A stretch of DNA of 64,000 bases from the IMG/VR virus record IMGVR_UViG_3300040959_000809. One strand, written 5' to 3'. Below, one piece after another: positions 45,708-55,738 of this stretch. A program made the translations under genes and the position numbers. Positions within the stretch are counted from its first letter, which is position 1. The number at the start of each line of letters is the position of its first letter. This DNA comes from a virus. The notes beneath the pieces are model-generated. The model was given only the letters and a program-made list of their open reading frames with translations. It was not told where the DNA came from and did not search any database.

Positions 45708-46960
45708 TGAAAAGATTTAAAAACTATATTGCAGAGGAGGTCCTTACAGAGGATAAGAATTTGCATATGACGCACCTTGAGGATGCGGTCCTTGATGGGG
45801 GTGTGGTTGGTACTCGGAATGTTATTAACTATCTTCGTGCATTGAGAGACATGTTAGGTGGCAACACCAAGGCACCAGTAAATGTCTCTGTAAAATGGGA
45901 TGGGGCACCGGCAATTTTTGCTGGGAAAGATCCATCCGATGGCAAATTCTTTATTGCCAAAAAAGGTGTTTTTAATAAGAATCCCAAAATATATAAAACA
46001 GAAGCTGAAATTGACAATGATATATCAGGTGACCTTGCGTCAAAGTTTAAGGTTGCTTTAAAAGAGTTTAGTAAGCTCGGCATTGAAGGAGTGGTACAGG
46101 GTGATTTCCTATATACGAATGATGATTTACAAACGACGGCTATTGATGGAGAATCGTATATTACTTTCCATCCTAATACGATTGTTTACGCGGTACCAAC
46201 AAAAAGCAAACTTGCAAAAACAATTTCAGGATCCTCGATCGGCGTGGTCTTCCATACAACATACCGAGGAGATTCATTTGAAACAATGTCAGCAAGTTTT
46301 GGAAAGGAGATTGTACCTTCTCTCAAAAAAGTCAAATCGGTCTGGGCGGTAGATGCAGTATTTGAAGATAAGTCGGGCAATGCCACATTTACAGCTGCAG
46401 AGACAAAAGCATTAAATTCTATTCTAACCAAGGTAGGCACACTGTTCAGAACAATTAAAAAGGAAACCCTAAACGGTCTTTCAAAGGCAAATAATGAGGA
46501 ACTTAATACACGCGTAAATGTATATGTAAATCAAAAGGTCCGAGCTGGAGAACGTATTGGAAACCCTAAACAGTTTGTGGCTGGTCTCACAAAATACATC
46601 AATGACTATTACGGCAAAGAGGCAGATAAAAAGAAAACCCAGCGCGGTAAAGACACACAGACCGCAAAGCGTGACTCGGCTCTAGCCTATTTTGCAAACA
46701 ATAATAAAAAAGAAATAGAACGCTTATTTGAAATGTATAACCTATTAGTTGATGCTAAACTTATGGTTATTTCAAAATTAAACCATGTCGATGGTCTACA
46801 AACATTTCTTAAAACCAATAAAGGTTTTGAGGTTACTGGACAGGAAGGCTTTGTCGCCATTGATCATATGGGTAAAAATTCACTTAAACTTGTAGATAGA
46901 CTACAATTTAGTAAGGCGAACTTTAGTACAGAATATATTAAAGGCTGGGAGAAAAAGTAA
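45707..46960 (+). CDS. putative head-packaged ligase-fold covalent nucleotidyltransferase
   Basis: Leader MKRFKNYIAE-EVLTE; SVKWDGAP (motif I KxDG), VQGDF, QEGFV (motif IV) and LKLV (motif V). Confidence 0.65.
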   Translation: MKRFKNYIAEEVLTEDKNLHMTHLEDAVLDGGVVGTRNVINYLRALRDMLGGNTKAPVNVSVKWDGAPAIFAGKDPSDGKFFIAKKGVFNKNPKIYKTEAEIDNDISGDLASKFKVALKEFSKLGIEGVVQGDFLYTNDDLQTTAIDGESYITFHPNTIVYAVPTKSKLAKTISGSSIGVVFHTTYRGDSFETMSASFGKEIVPSLKKVKSVWAVDAVFEDKSGNATFTAAETKALNSILTKVGTLFRTIKKETLNGLSKANNEELNTRVNVYVNQKVRAGERIGNPKQFVAGLTKYINDYYGKEADKKKTQRGKDTQTAKRDSALAYFANNNKKEIERLFEMYNLLVDAKLMVISKLNHVDGLQTFLKTNKGFEVTGQEGFVAIDHMGKNSLKLVDRLQFSKANFSTEYIKGWEKK

Positions 46961-47190
46961 TGGCTTGGGTAGCAGTACCAGGATCTAATGGAATTTGGGA
47001 ATATGATAATGCGGCCAGCACAGCTGATGCTGATACATATGATGATGCAAATGGTACTGTTACTGGAGGAATTAGATCATTTACACCTCCGGGCGGTTCT
47101 GCTCAATTCACCTATATCAAGACAAGAAAAGTAGGTGAGACAATCGTTCGCGGAGAACTCAATAAAAACTATTATGACGGCAAAATTTAA
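46960..47190 (+). CDS. small hypothetical, likely virion-associated protein
   Basis: 76 aa, coupled, in the late region. Confidence 0.55.
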   Translation: MAWVAVPGSNGIWEYDNAASTADADTYDDANGTVTGGIRSFTPPGGSAQFTYIKTRKVGETIVRGELNKNYYDGKI

Positions 47191-47206
47191 GAGATAGGTA
47201 AGAGCA

Positions 47207-48514
47207 ATGGCACAATTTAACAAAGATACAGGTGAATTTCTCAATAATAATAAAACACTATATGAAGTTGTTATGGTTGCTGGCCAAGCCGGGCCCTCAA
47301 CATATGTTAATACAGGCAATCTAAACACATCTTCTGATTCTTTTGGCAGAATGAGAGTCTCAGAACCACTTACTTTGTTTGATAGTAGTCATAGATACGC
47401 CGACAATGGACTTTTTTCAGAGAGCATAACAGGAACGGCATCATCAACATTTAACGGTGATGCAGGACTTATTGACTTAGATGTTGGTTCAAGTTCCGGT
47501 GATGAAATTCTCAGAGAAACCAATAAGACATTTGCATATCAGCCCGGCAAAAGTCTATTGATTCTTTCAAGTTTTATGCTTGCTGCAGCAAAAACTAATC
47601 TAAGACAGCGAGTTGGTTATTTTGGTTCTGAAAATGGTATCTTCTTAGAACAAGACGACAGTAATATATTAGTGGTATTGCGAAGTAAAGTAACTGGTAG
47701 TGTAGTTGACACAAAAATTGCAAAGGCAAACTGGAACGTTGACTCGTTAGATGGTACAGGCCCAAGTGGAGTGACTTTAGATTTGACTAAGGTTCAACTT
47801 ATGTGGTTGGACGTTGAGTGGCTTGGTGTTGGTAGTGTGCGTTTTGGTTTTGTGGTCAATGGACAGTTTATTCCATGTCATGTATTCCATCATGCAAATT
47901 TAATTGATTCCACATACATGACAACTGCATCTCTACCATTAAGACAAGAACTTACAAATACTGGTGCAACTTCTGGTGCAAGTCAGGCAAAACAAATTTG
48001 TAGCACTGTTATTAGTGAAGGTGGATATGAACTAAGAGGTAGACAACACGCCATTGGAACTCCAATTACCAGTGCATATCAATTGGCCGATGCCGGAACA
48101 TATTATCCTGTAGTTTCAATTAGACTGAAATCTGCAAGACAAGATGCAATTGTTATTTTGACTGCATTGTCTCTATTGGGGGTTGGTAATGGTGTAAACT
48201 TCTCATGGAAAATTGTTGCAGGCGGAACAGTGACAACAGCTTCTTGGACAAGTGCTGGTTCCGATTCTTCAGTCGAATACACCTTATCTGGAACTGCGCA
48301 TGATGGCGGTGGTAGAGTTCTTGCACAGGGGTATTTGAATTCCTCTAATCAAGGTTCGCCCACAATGGATATTCTAAAAGAGGCACTATTCAAGTTTCAG
48401 TTAGAGAGAAATTCATTTGCTGATGTTATGGAACCACTCTCGTTTTTGGTTGCTCCGGCAACTGATGATGAAGATATTTTTGCCTCGCTGGATTGGGAAG
48501 AGGTTACACGATAA
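47207..48514 (+). CDS. beta-rich putative virion structural protein (lectin-like)
   Basis: DSFGRMRVSEPLTLFDS...YQPGKS...RVGYF...WLGVG; G/S/T-rich. Confidence 0.6.
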   Translation: MAQFNKDTGEFLNNNKTLYEVVMVAGQAGPSTYVNTGNLNTSSDSFGRMRVSEPLTLFDSSHRYADNGLFSESITGTASSTFNGDAGLIDLDVGSSSGDEILRETNKTFAYQPGKSLLILSSFMLAAAKTNLRQRVGYFGSENGIFLEQDDSNILVVLRSKVTGSVVDTKIAKANWNVDSLDGTGPSGVTLDLTKVQLMWLDVEWLGVGSVRFGFVVNGQFIPCHVFHHANLIDSTYMTTASLPLRQELTNTGATSGASQAKQICSTVISEGGYELRGRQHAIGTPITSAYQLADAGTYYPVVSIRLKSARQDAIVILTALSLLGVGNGVNFSWKIVAGGTVTTASWTSAGSDSSVEYTLSGTAHDGGGRVLAQGYLNSSNQGSPTMDILKEALFKFQLERNSFADVMEPLSFLVAPATDDEDIFASLDWEEVTR

Positions 48515-48532
48515 TTTATTATAGGTTATATT

Positions 48533-49246
48533 ATGAAAAATTTAATTTATCAGTATTACAGTAGTCCAGATAAAGATCGAGTGAAAAAAGATAGGCCCGG
48601 TGTATATATAAATGCCGGTAATTATCACGAGTACTCTAAACAATCCATATCAGCATATGCCAAAAAGCATGGTGTTTTATATAAATTTATGGACCACAAA
48701 TTACCTGACGACATCCCTTTATTCTATGGTATTTTTCTACCATTTCTAGAGGGCTGGTGTTGGGATTATGATAATATTTGTTTTATTGATAGTGATATTA
48801 TGGCTACCGTAAATAGTGGAAATGTATTCGACTATGCTGGCAAACAAGGTCTTACATTACATAAAATGGATGCTTCAAAACATCGATTTGATTCCAAGCG
48901 AGCATTTAAATTCTTTAATGAAATTAACGGCTTCTTTAATAGTGGTGTAGTGATCTTTCCAAGATCCGAATATGAAAATTTCATACATTTTGCATCCACA
49001 TTAAAACAAAGAGACTTAAACAGAACCTCTGTCGAGAATAGTCTTGGCGGTTTTGATCAAGGTTTATTAAATACCTGGATAGCAAATCATAAACGCTATA
49101 ACGAATTGCCAAAGCAATATAATTATCATATGGGTAGATATCAAAAGCCCGAAAGATGGTACGATGGCGTGAGCCTAATACACTACCATCGAGAGGACAA
49201 AGCATTAATGGAACCAGAGTTTCAGGATGAGAGAATACTTAAATGA
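48533..49246 (+). CDS. GT-A (GT8-like) glycosyltransferase
   Basis: FIDSDI (DxD), FNSGVV, DQGLLN, YN and LIHY. Confidence 0.75.
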   Translation: MKNLIYQYYSSPDKDRVKKDRPGVYINAGNYHEYSKQSISAYAKKHGVLYKFMDHKLPDDIPLFYGIFLPFLEGWCWDYDNICFIDSDIMATVNSGNVFDYAGKQGLTLHKMDASKHRFDSKRAFKFFNEINGFFNSGVVIFPRSEYENFIHFASTLKQRDLNRTSVENSLGGFDQGLLNTWIANHKRYNELPKQYNYHMGRYQKPERWYDGVSLIHYHREDKALMEPEFQDERILK

Positions 49247-49824
49247 TGGGTGATTTAAAATTTACAACTTGTGGGGATTTTATGCAAGAGCAAGATACTT
49301 ATATTGACCAGTATAAAGAATTTTACAATAACGGCGGTTACGAAAATAATGATCCCGTGATGAGAGCAAAAGATGACATTAAAAAGATGCTAAAAAAGTT
49401 CGACTGTAAATCATTATTAGATTATGGATGTGGACATGGACTACAATATTCTCAGCACAAATTAGATCAGTATTGGGATATTAAAAAACTTACGAAATAT
49501 GATCCAGGTGTACAAGAATTTGAAATAAAGCCTACTGGGACATTTGATGCAGTCATTAATACTGATGTTTTAGAGCATATTCCTGAGGATTATGTATATG
49601 ATGTGATTGCAGACATTTTTAGTTATGCTGGTAAGTTTGTATACTTTAGTATTGCCACAGATCTGGCAAAGGCAGTATTACCGAACGGGGAAAACGCTCA
49701 TTGCACATTAAAACCACATTCTGAATGGGTTACCATTATTGATGAAATGCGTGGGGATATTCCTACATTGGTAAAATGTACTGGCCGTAATCGCTCAAAG
49801 ATAGGGAGCACGTTACTGGAATGA
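49243..49824 (+). CDS. class I SAM-dependent methyltransferase
   Basis: LLDYGCG, KYDPG and DVLEHIP. Confidence 0.85.
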   Translation: MMGDLKFTTCGDFMQEQDTYIDQYKEFYNNGGYENNDPVMRAKDDIKKMLKKFDCKSLLDYGCGHGLQYSQHKLDQYWDIKKLTKYDPGVQEFEIKPTGTFDAVINTDVLEHIPEDYVYDVIADIFSYAGKFVYFSIATDLAKAVLPNGENAHCTLKPHSEWVTIIDEMRGDIPTLVKCTGRNRSKIGSTLLE

Positions 49825-50339
49825 TTAGAAAGGTTATACTCATTGGTAATGGTCCGTCAAGTAAATTTTATTCACAATTAAATCATTTAGATGGCGGAAT
49901 GACAGCTGGGTTTAACCTTACTGAACACAATGTAGATATTATTTTTGTAAGCGATAAAAAAGTTATTAATAAACTTGAAGGCAATCCAAAGGTACATGTA
50001 TTAAAAAAGCCTTTCATGACAAAAAAAGGTGGGCTTAATCTTGCATGGAATACAGGCCATAATGCATATAACTACCTAAGAAAAATGGGTTATACTCATT
50101 TTGAAATGTATGGTTTTGATTTGCTCTTTTCAGACAATTGGAGTTCGTCGACAGATCGAGTATTTAATAAGGATCTGTGGGTTCAACAGGCGATTGAGGT
50201 TGACATTAATAACGAATGGATTCAATACTGGAATGAGATAATTGACACACCTACAATCATTCATGCTCCTGTCGGGGCAAAACTTTATGTAAACTCTAAA
50301 CATGCACAAATAGAACACCATGAAAACTTTAATTATTAG
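49821..50339 (+). CDS. putative glycan-modifying enzyme (MAF/sialyltransferase-like)
   Basis: VILIGNGPS, NTG and MYGFD. Confidence 0.5.
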   Translation: MIRKVILIGNGPSSKFYSQLNHLDGGMTAGFNLTEHNVDIIFVSDKKVINKLEGNPKVHVLKKPFMTKKGGLNLAWNTGHNAYNYLRKMGYTHFEMYGFDLLFSDNWSSSTDRVFNKDLWVQQAIEVDINNEWIQYWNEIIDTPTIIHAPVGAKLYVNSKHAQIEHHENFNY

Positions 50340-50868
50340 TATGCCTAAATCAGGCACATATCTATGTAGTAATTTACTTTTAGAGTTTGGAATCAGACAA
50401 ACCTTACTACATTTAAACACAGGTACCTACCAGCAATATACATCTGATATAAACGATACCAGAAAAAATCCCCAAAAATACACACACCAGTTGAACTTTG
50501 AAAAGTCAATAGAGTTATTTGGTGATAATGAGTTTGCGGTCACCCACGTACCATATAATAAGAAAAGAGCTCAATTGCTGAAGAACACAAAGAAAATACT
50601 TTTGGTGAGAGACGAAAAGGAAATTGTAGAATCATATCAAAGATGGAATGAAAAAACTGATAGACCTATGCCAGCGTTAAATTTAGGTGATATAAAGAGA
50701 TGGGAGCAAGAAACTAATATTTTTAAGCTTTCATTTAATGATATGATAAATAAAAATGTAGAACAGATTGATAGGTTACAGAACTATCTTTTTAATAGTA
50801 TAAAGTTTGATAGTCTGATGTGTATTAAGAATGCAATTGAATTGCCATCAATGACAAAAATGAGGTAA
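50320..50868 (+). CDS. sulfotransferase-like protein
   Basis: ISMPKSGTYL (5'-PSB loop), VTH and LLVRD...S. Confidence 0.65.
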   Translation: MKTLIISMPKSGTYLCSNLLLEFGIRQTLLHLNTGTYQQYTSDINDTRKNPQKYTHQLNFEKSIELFGDNEFAVTHVPYNKKRAQLLKNTKKILLVRDEKEIVESYQRWNEKTDRPMPALNLGDIKRWEQETNIFKLSFNDMINKNVEQIDRLQNYLFNSIKFDSLMCIKNAIELPSMTKMR

Positions 50869-50872
50869 TATT

Positions 50873-51544
50873 ATGGTAATATGTGATAAACATAATTTTA
50901 TATTTCTGAGAATTCCGAAGAATGCAAGCTCTAGTCTTGCAGATTTTTTCGTGAGAAACTTTTGTGATCAGAATGATATATGGACAGAGGTAAACGATTG
51001 TGGTATTAGAGACAATAATGTAAGCCCAGAGTTGATTAGAAAATATAGACATCAGTACAGGTTTATCCACCTAATGCTTCAGGAACTAGTGGATAATAAT
51101 GTCGTGACCCCGACTACGTTGGCTGATAAGGAAATCATAAGTGTACTTAGAAACCCACATAGGCGCCAATTATCACTTTATTTCTTTTTAAAGCGAGGAC
51201 AAAGAAAATCGCCTGAGGAATTTAGACATATTTTTAGAGATGGTTATCATGAAACGGATACTTCAAATAGGATTCTCCAAACAGATTATCCTAAATTAAA
51301 AGGTGTTGACAAAGGGACATGGTGGATATATAATAGACTTAATGAACACTTGCAAGAGTTTTGCTCCTCCAAGGGCATGACAGGAAAGTTAGAATTAAAA
51401 CAATATAAAAACGGATATACACCGAAACAACAAGAAATCTTTGAACAGTATTATGACCAAAAAACACTTGATGCTGTTAAAAAATATTATGAAAAGGATT
51501 TTGACAAACTTATGGAATTAGGAACGGGATTGGAACTAGCATGA
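50873..51544 (+). CDS. sulfotransferase family 2-like protein
   Basis: FLRIPKNASSS, LRNPHRRQLSLY, and C-terminal YYEKDF. Confidence 0.75.
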   Translation: MVICDKHNFIFLRIPKNASSSLADFFVRNFCDQNDIWTEVNDCGIRDNNVSPELIRKYRHQYRFIHLMLQELVDNNVVTPTTLADKEIISVLRNPHRRQLSLYFFLKRGQRKSPEEFRHIFRDGYHETDTSNRILQTDYPKLKGVDKGTWWIYNRLNEHLQEFCSSKGMTGKLELKQYKNGYTPKQQEIFEQYYDQKTLDAVKKYYEKDFDKLMELGTGLELA

Positions 51545-52221
51545 ACGAAATACAAAAAGCTTATATTTTAAGAATTGACACCGATCTATCACGAGAGTAT
51601 GCTCAAATTACCGCTGATTCTTGTGATACAATAGGACTACCTTACGAATATCACGAGGGCTTCTATAACATGGATCCAAATGACGCCTGGAATACCATAG
51701 GCTTGAGTAGACATATCAAGCGTAATAACTGGGTTCCAGCTGCACAACTTTGTACGGCTGGTCATGCAGCTATTTGGAAAAAGATTGCAGACAATAATGA
51801 AACTGCAATTATTCTTGAGCATGATGCTGTAATGCTACACGATCCTCGGAATGTTAAAATTGGTGATAATAGAATTGTATGTCTAGGATACAAGTTAAAG
51901 GATCCAACTAGATATGACCATGAAGCCGCAGGTGGTCCTAGAGGACTTAGACAAATATCTGGCCACGAAGGTGCTCATGCTTATGCCATCTCGGCGGCTA
52001 CCGCTAGGTCGATGCTCAAGGAAATTGAGGAAAATGGTGTAAGGTCAGCGGTTGACAATCTATACTTTCTCATCCAACGTGCAAATTATACAAAGATTCC
52101 TTTGGCTATTATGGACCCAACAGCTGCAATTGGTTGGCTGCGAGACTCTACAATTTGGGAGGAACCAGCAGAAAATAATTATGCCTTTGTAGCATCATTT
52201 GAAAGAAATCTGGTAAATTAA
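51541..52221 (+). CDS. GT25-like glycosyltransferase
   Basis: CTAGHAAIW, ILEHDA and GAHAYAIS. Confidence 0.65.
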   Translation: MNEIQKAYILRIDTDLSREYAQITADSCDTIGLPYEYHEGFYNMDPNDAWNTIGLSRHIKRNNWVPAAQLCTAGHAAIWKKIADNNETAIILEHDAVMLHDPRNVKIGDNRIVCLGYKLKDPTRYDHEAAGGPRGLRQISGHEGAHAYAISAATARSMLKEIEENGVRSAVDNLYFLIQRANYTKIPLAIMDPTAAIGWLRDSTIWEEPAENNYAFVASFERNLVN

Positions 52222-52224
52222 ACC

Positions 52225-52884
52225 ATGTCGTTTCTGTTAAAGAATGATGTTATATCATTACACGTACCAAAGACGGGTGGTAAGGCATTTGAGCAGTGGA
52301 TTACATATGGTGCCAGGGTGGTTAAGGAACGAATTGTCAATCAACATTATTCATATTCTGAACTAATAAATGTTCACCCTGAGTATACTGATAACGACTA
52401 TATTATGATTATCAGAAATCCATATGCAAGAATTGTAAGTTGGTACCACCACAGTAGAGATGTGTATACATATAGTATTAATAGACCAGCACAAAAGGAC
52501 AAGAACCATCCACCAGAATCACCTAGGTTTAGCCCATCATTTGAAGATTGGGTACGAAAGGAGGACCTAAGAGATTTTCCAGCATTTACAAAAAACAGAA
52601 CGGCTGGATCTTTTGGAACAATGAAATCATATTTACACCCATCTGGTAGGATGCCAACATATCTATTACACCAGGAAACATTAGCAGATGATCTAAAACC
52701 ATTGAGAGAACTATGGGAAACAGACGCACCATTAACAACTGAAAATAAATCGTCTGTTTCCTTTTCAGGTAATAATAATTGGAAAAATGAGTTTAAATCG
52801 GATTATACAAAGGACTTTATATACGAATACTTCAAGGAAGACTTTGAAACCTTTGGATATGATAGAAAGTTCCCCACCGATTAA
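52225..52884 (+). CDS. sulfotransferase family 2-like protein
   Basis: LHVPKTGGKA, IRNPYARIVSWY and YFKEDFETFGY. Confidence 0.8.
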   Translation: MSFLLKNDVISLHVPKTGGKAFEQWITYGARVVKERIVNQHYSYSELINVHPEYTDNDYIMIIRNPYARIVSWYHHSRDVYTYSINRPAQKDKNHPPESPRFSPSFEDWVRKEDLRDFPAFTKNRTAGSFGTMKSYLHPSGRMPTYLLHQETLADDLKPLRELWETDAPLTTENKSSVSFSGNNNWKNEFKSDYTKDFIYEYFKEDFETFGYDRKFPTD

Positions 52885-52890
52885 GTAAGT

Positions 52891-52898
52891 TATAAATA
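52891..52898 (+). promoter_or_regulatory. T4-type late promoter TATAAATA
   Basis: Exact motif 34 bp upstream of 52933. Confidence 0.7.
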
Positions 52899-52932
52899 TA
52901 TCTATAAAGTAGCATAGGAATCGAGACATATA

Positions 52933-55242
52933 ATGGCCGATAAAAAGAAGAAAAAGCCCCCAGTCAAAAACTTTAAAGAATTTGACCCGGCCCAATTCAT
53001 TGAAACTGAACCAAAATTAACAGAAGCCGTTAAAAAAGACACGGTCGTTATTAGTTTCGGCAGAATGAATCCTATTACAGTAGGACATGAAAAGCTTGTT
53101 GGTAAGGTTTTAAATGTTGCTCAAAGCCAAAAGGCGGATCCTGCTATTTTTCTTTCTCACACAACTGATCCTAAAAAGAACCCTTTAACATATGAGGAAA
53201 AACTATTTTTTGCTCAAAAGGCCTTTGGCAAAGTAATTAAGAAATCACCTGCAAGGACAATTATTGAGGTGGCAAAACAACTACAGAATATGTATAAGAA
53301 TATGACTGTGGTAGTTGGTTCTGACAGAGTAAAGGAATTTGAAACCTTATTAAATAAATACAATGGAAAAGATTATAAATTTAATACTATTAATGTAGTT
53401 TCAGCTGGTGAAAGAGACCCAGACTCGGAAGGTGTTTCCGGCATGAGTGCATCCAAGATGAGATCGGCTGCTGCCGATGATGACTTTAAAAGTTTTAAAC
53501 AAGGTCTTCCTAAAAAATTACAATCAACCGCAAAAAAGATTTTTGATACAACGAGGCAAGGTATGGCATTAGATGAAGAAACTTTAGAAGAAGCAGTTCT
53601 ATCGAGAGCCGCACGACGGAAAAGAGCTCGACTCCTTAGAAGATATAAAGGTAAAATTGCTCTTGCACGCAAAAAGGCAATGCGTAGACGTGCCACATTA
53701 GACACTCTAAAGAAAAGAGCTCGGAAAACTGCACGTACTATGATCAAGGATAAATTGGCAAAGTCCAAAAGATTTGCTGATCTTGATCCTACTGCAAAAA
53801 TTGCTATTGAAAAGAGACTTGAGAAAATGCCATCGGCGCGTCTTGAAAGATTGGCTCGACGGATTCTCCCTTCAATTAAACGTAAGGAAACGGACCGTAT
53901 GCAACAAAGAAAAAAGAATGAGTCCTTAAATATTGATGAACAATTTGAAATGTTTATGGAAGAAAGAACACCGTCAGGTCGTTTTGGAAAGAATACCCAT
54001 GATATCAAGGTAAAGGTACCAGGTAGAATTAATAAAGCTATTAAAAAGGGAAGCCCGGTTTGGGACCAACGTGAGAACAAACCTCACCAGGAAACCAAGA
54101 AACACCTTTCCGATATAATGAAAAAGCATGGTGTAAAACCATCTAAGGCAAAACATTATCATAATGACATGACAGGTCATTATATGATGGCACATCCAAG
54201 TAATGATCCAGCAAAAGTTCATGCCGCGGCAACTGAATTTGAAAAAACAGTAGGTAAGGCGGTTCGTACAGAAGCCAAAGATGGTGATGGTGTCAATATC
54301 GTAAGGGACCGTGAATTTAAGGGTAAACCTATGAAGAAAGAGCCTGGTACAATAGGCATTAAATTCTCTGATATGAGAAAGTCTAAGTGGGCCAAGGACT
54401 CTGATACCAATCCAAAAAGATCCAAAGCTATGGGTGAAGCCACAGATCTTGAGGAAAAGCTAAAAGCCTCCGATGATATGGGCACTTGGATTAAGGATTT
54501 CCAGGATTCTGATGCACCACAGTTTAAAGACAAATCAAAAGAAAAGCGTAGACAAATGGCTATTGCTGCTAAATTGGATGCCGAGGATGATGTTAAAAAG
54601 GAATCGGTTCAAAAGGGAACTCATATTTCAGACGATCCAAAGGCTATGGCTAGAATAGAAAAATTCTTCAAAGGTTTGAAGCATCAGCCCAAAGGCAAAG
54701 ATATGAAAGATATGTTCGGGTTCATGATGAAACAAATGGGCTATAACCCTAAAACCGGCCTTAAAGAATATAATGAAGATGTAGATCTTGATGAAGCAGC
54801 TCATGATCCTAAACATGTAAAAATGGCTATAGGCATTGCATCTGATAAAAGATATAAAGGTGGTGACATGACTGGTGCAGTCAAGTCCATCGAAAAGATC
54901 AAAAAGGGACTATCTGATCATCCACAAGTTTCTGCTGTACTAAGAAGACAGAACGAAGAAACCAAAACGGAATCGTTGGACGAAATGTGGGGAACATATG
55001 TTTCAAAACGACCTCACATGCTATTGGATAAGAACAATAAGGTTAAATTTGACAAGCGCTTTAAAATGTTTAAAAAGCAAAATGAACTTGAAGAAGAATT
55101 TACACTTAATGAAGAAATGGATTTGGTAAATGATCTTGAGAATTCAGTAAATGAGTTTGTAGAATCTAATGAATTCAAGGAAGCAACTGAACCAAAACTT
55201 TCGTTTAAGGATATCCAAAAAAGAATGGGAAAGGCAAAGTAA
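52933..55242 (+). CDS. putative head-packaged polyprotein with an N-terminal cytidylyltransferase-like (TxGH) domain
   Basis: KNFKEF...KLTE-A leader; FGRMNPITVGH, VVGSDR and MSASKMR; then modules separated by TLEE, NIDE, DLEE, DLDE, SLDE and TLNE. Confidence 0.7.
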   Translation: MADKKKKKPPVKNFKEFDPAQFIETEPKLTEAVKKDTVVISFGRMNPITVGHEKLVGKVLNVAQSQKADPAIFLSHTTDPKKNPLTYEEKLFFAQKAFGKVIKKSPARTIIEVAKQLQNMYKNMTVVVGSDRVKEFETLLNKYNGKDYKFNTINVVSAGERDPDSEGVSGMSASKMRSAAADDDFKSFKQGLPKKLQSTAKKIFDTTRQGMALDEETLEEAVLSRAARRKRARLLRRYKGKIALARKKAMRRRATLDTLKKRARKTARTMIKDKLAKSKRFADLDPTAKIAIEKRLEKMPSARLERLARRILPSIKRKETDRMQQRKKNESLNIDEQFEMFMEERTPSGRFGKNTHDIKVKVPGRINKAIKKGSPVWDQRENKPHQETKKHLSDIMKKHGVKPSKAKHYHNDMTGHYMMAHPSNDPAKVHAAATEFEKTVGKAVRTEAKDGDGVNIVRDREFKGKPMKKEPGTIGIKFSDMRKSKWAKDSDTNPKRSKAMGEATDLEEKLKASDDMGTWIKDFQDSDAPQFKDKSKEKRRQMAIAAKLDAEDDVKKESVQKGTHISDDPKAMARIEKFFKGLKHQPKGKDMKDMFGFMMKQMGYNPKTGLKEYNEDVDLDEAAHDPKHVKMAIGIASDKRYKGGDMTGAVKSIEKIKKGLSDHPQVSAVLRRQNEETKTESLDEMWGTYVSKRPHMLLDKNNKVKFDKRFKMFKKQNELEEEFTLNEEMDLVNDLENSVNEFVESNEFKEATEPKLSFKDIQKRMGKAK

Positions 55243-55736
55243 TGAATAGCTTTAAAGATCATCTTGCAGAAAAGAAAAATGCAGAAGATCCGGATATCGG
55301 AGACCGAAAAGGATCACAACCTTCCGAATATCATAAAGGAATTAAGTCTGTTTCCACCAAGGTCGCTCGTGATCAACACTTTAAAAAGTATGCCAAAAAA
55401 GGTGAAGATGGCGAGGCGGACAGTCAAGCAAATTATAAACCTGCACCAGGTGACGCCACTGCTACAACAAAACCTTCAAAGCACACAAAACGCTATAAGG
55501 CTATGTTTGGAGAAGATGCAACAGAAGGCTTAAAGAAAAAGGCCGAGAAAAGCGGTATGCCTCTTGGAGTACTTAGGCAGGTTTACAACCGTGGTGTTGC
55601 TGCATGGAAATCTGGTCATCGCCCTGGCACTACTCCTCAGCAATGGGGCTTTGCAAGAGTTAATAGCTTTGTGACCAAATCAAAAGGGACTTGGGGCAAG
55701 GCAGATAAGGATTTAGCAGCCAAGGTGGGGGGCTAA
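55242..55736 (+). CDS. putative head-packaged protein
   Basis: Leader MNSFKDHLAE; C-terminal domain LKKKAEKSG...VYNRGVAAW...QQWGFARVNSF. Confidence 0.7.
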   Translation: MNSFKDHLAEKKNAEDPDIGDRKGSQPSEYHKGIKSVSTKVARDQHFKKYAKKGEDGEADSQANYKPAPGDATATTKPSKHTKRYKAMFGEDATEGLKKKAEKSGMPLGVLRQVYNRGVAAWKSGHRPGTTPQQWGFARVNSFVTKSKGTWGKADKDLAAKVGG

Positions 55737-55738
55737 AA

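Noticed and set aside
53373-54533. Long antisense ORFs (235 aa and others) inside 52933..55242
   Set aside because: Expected stop-poor shadows of a K/R/E-rich sense gene; no RBS or motifs.
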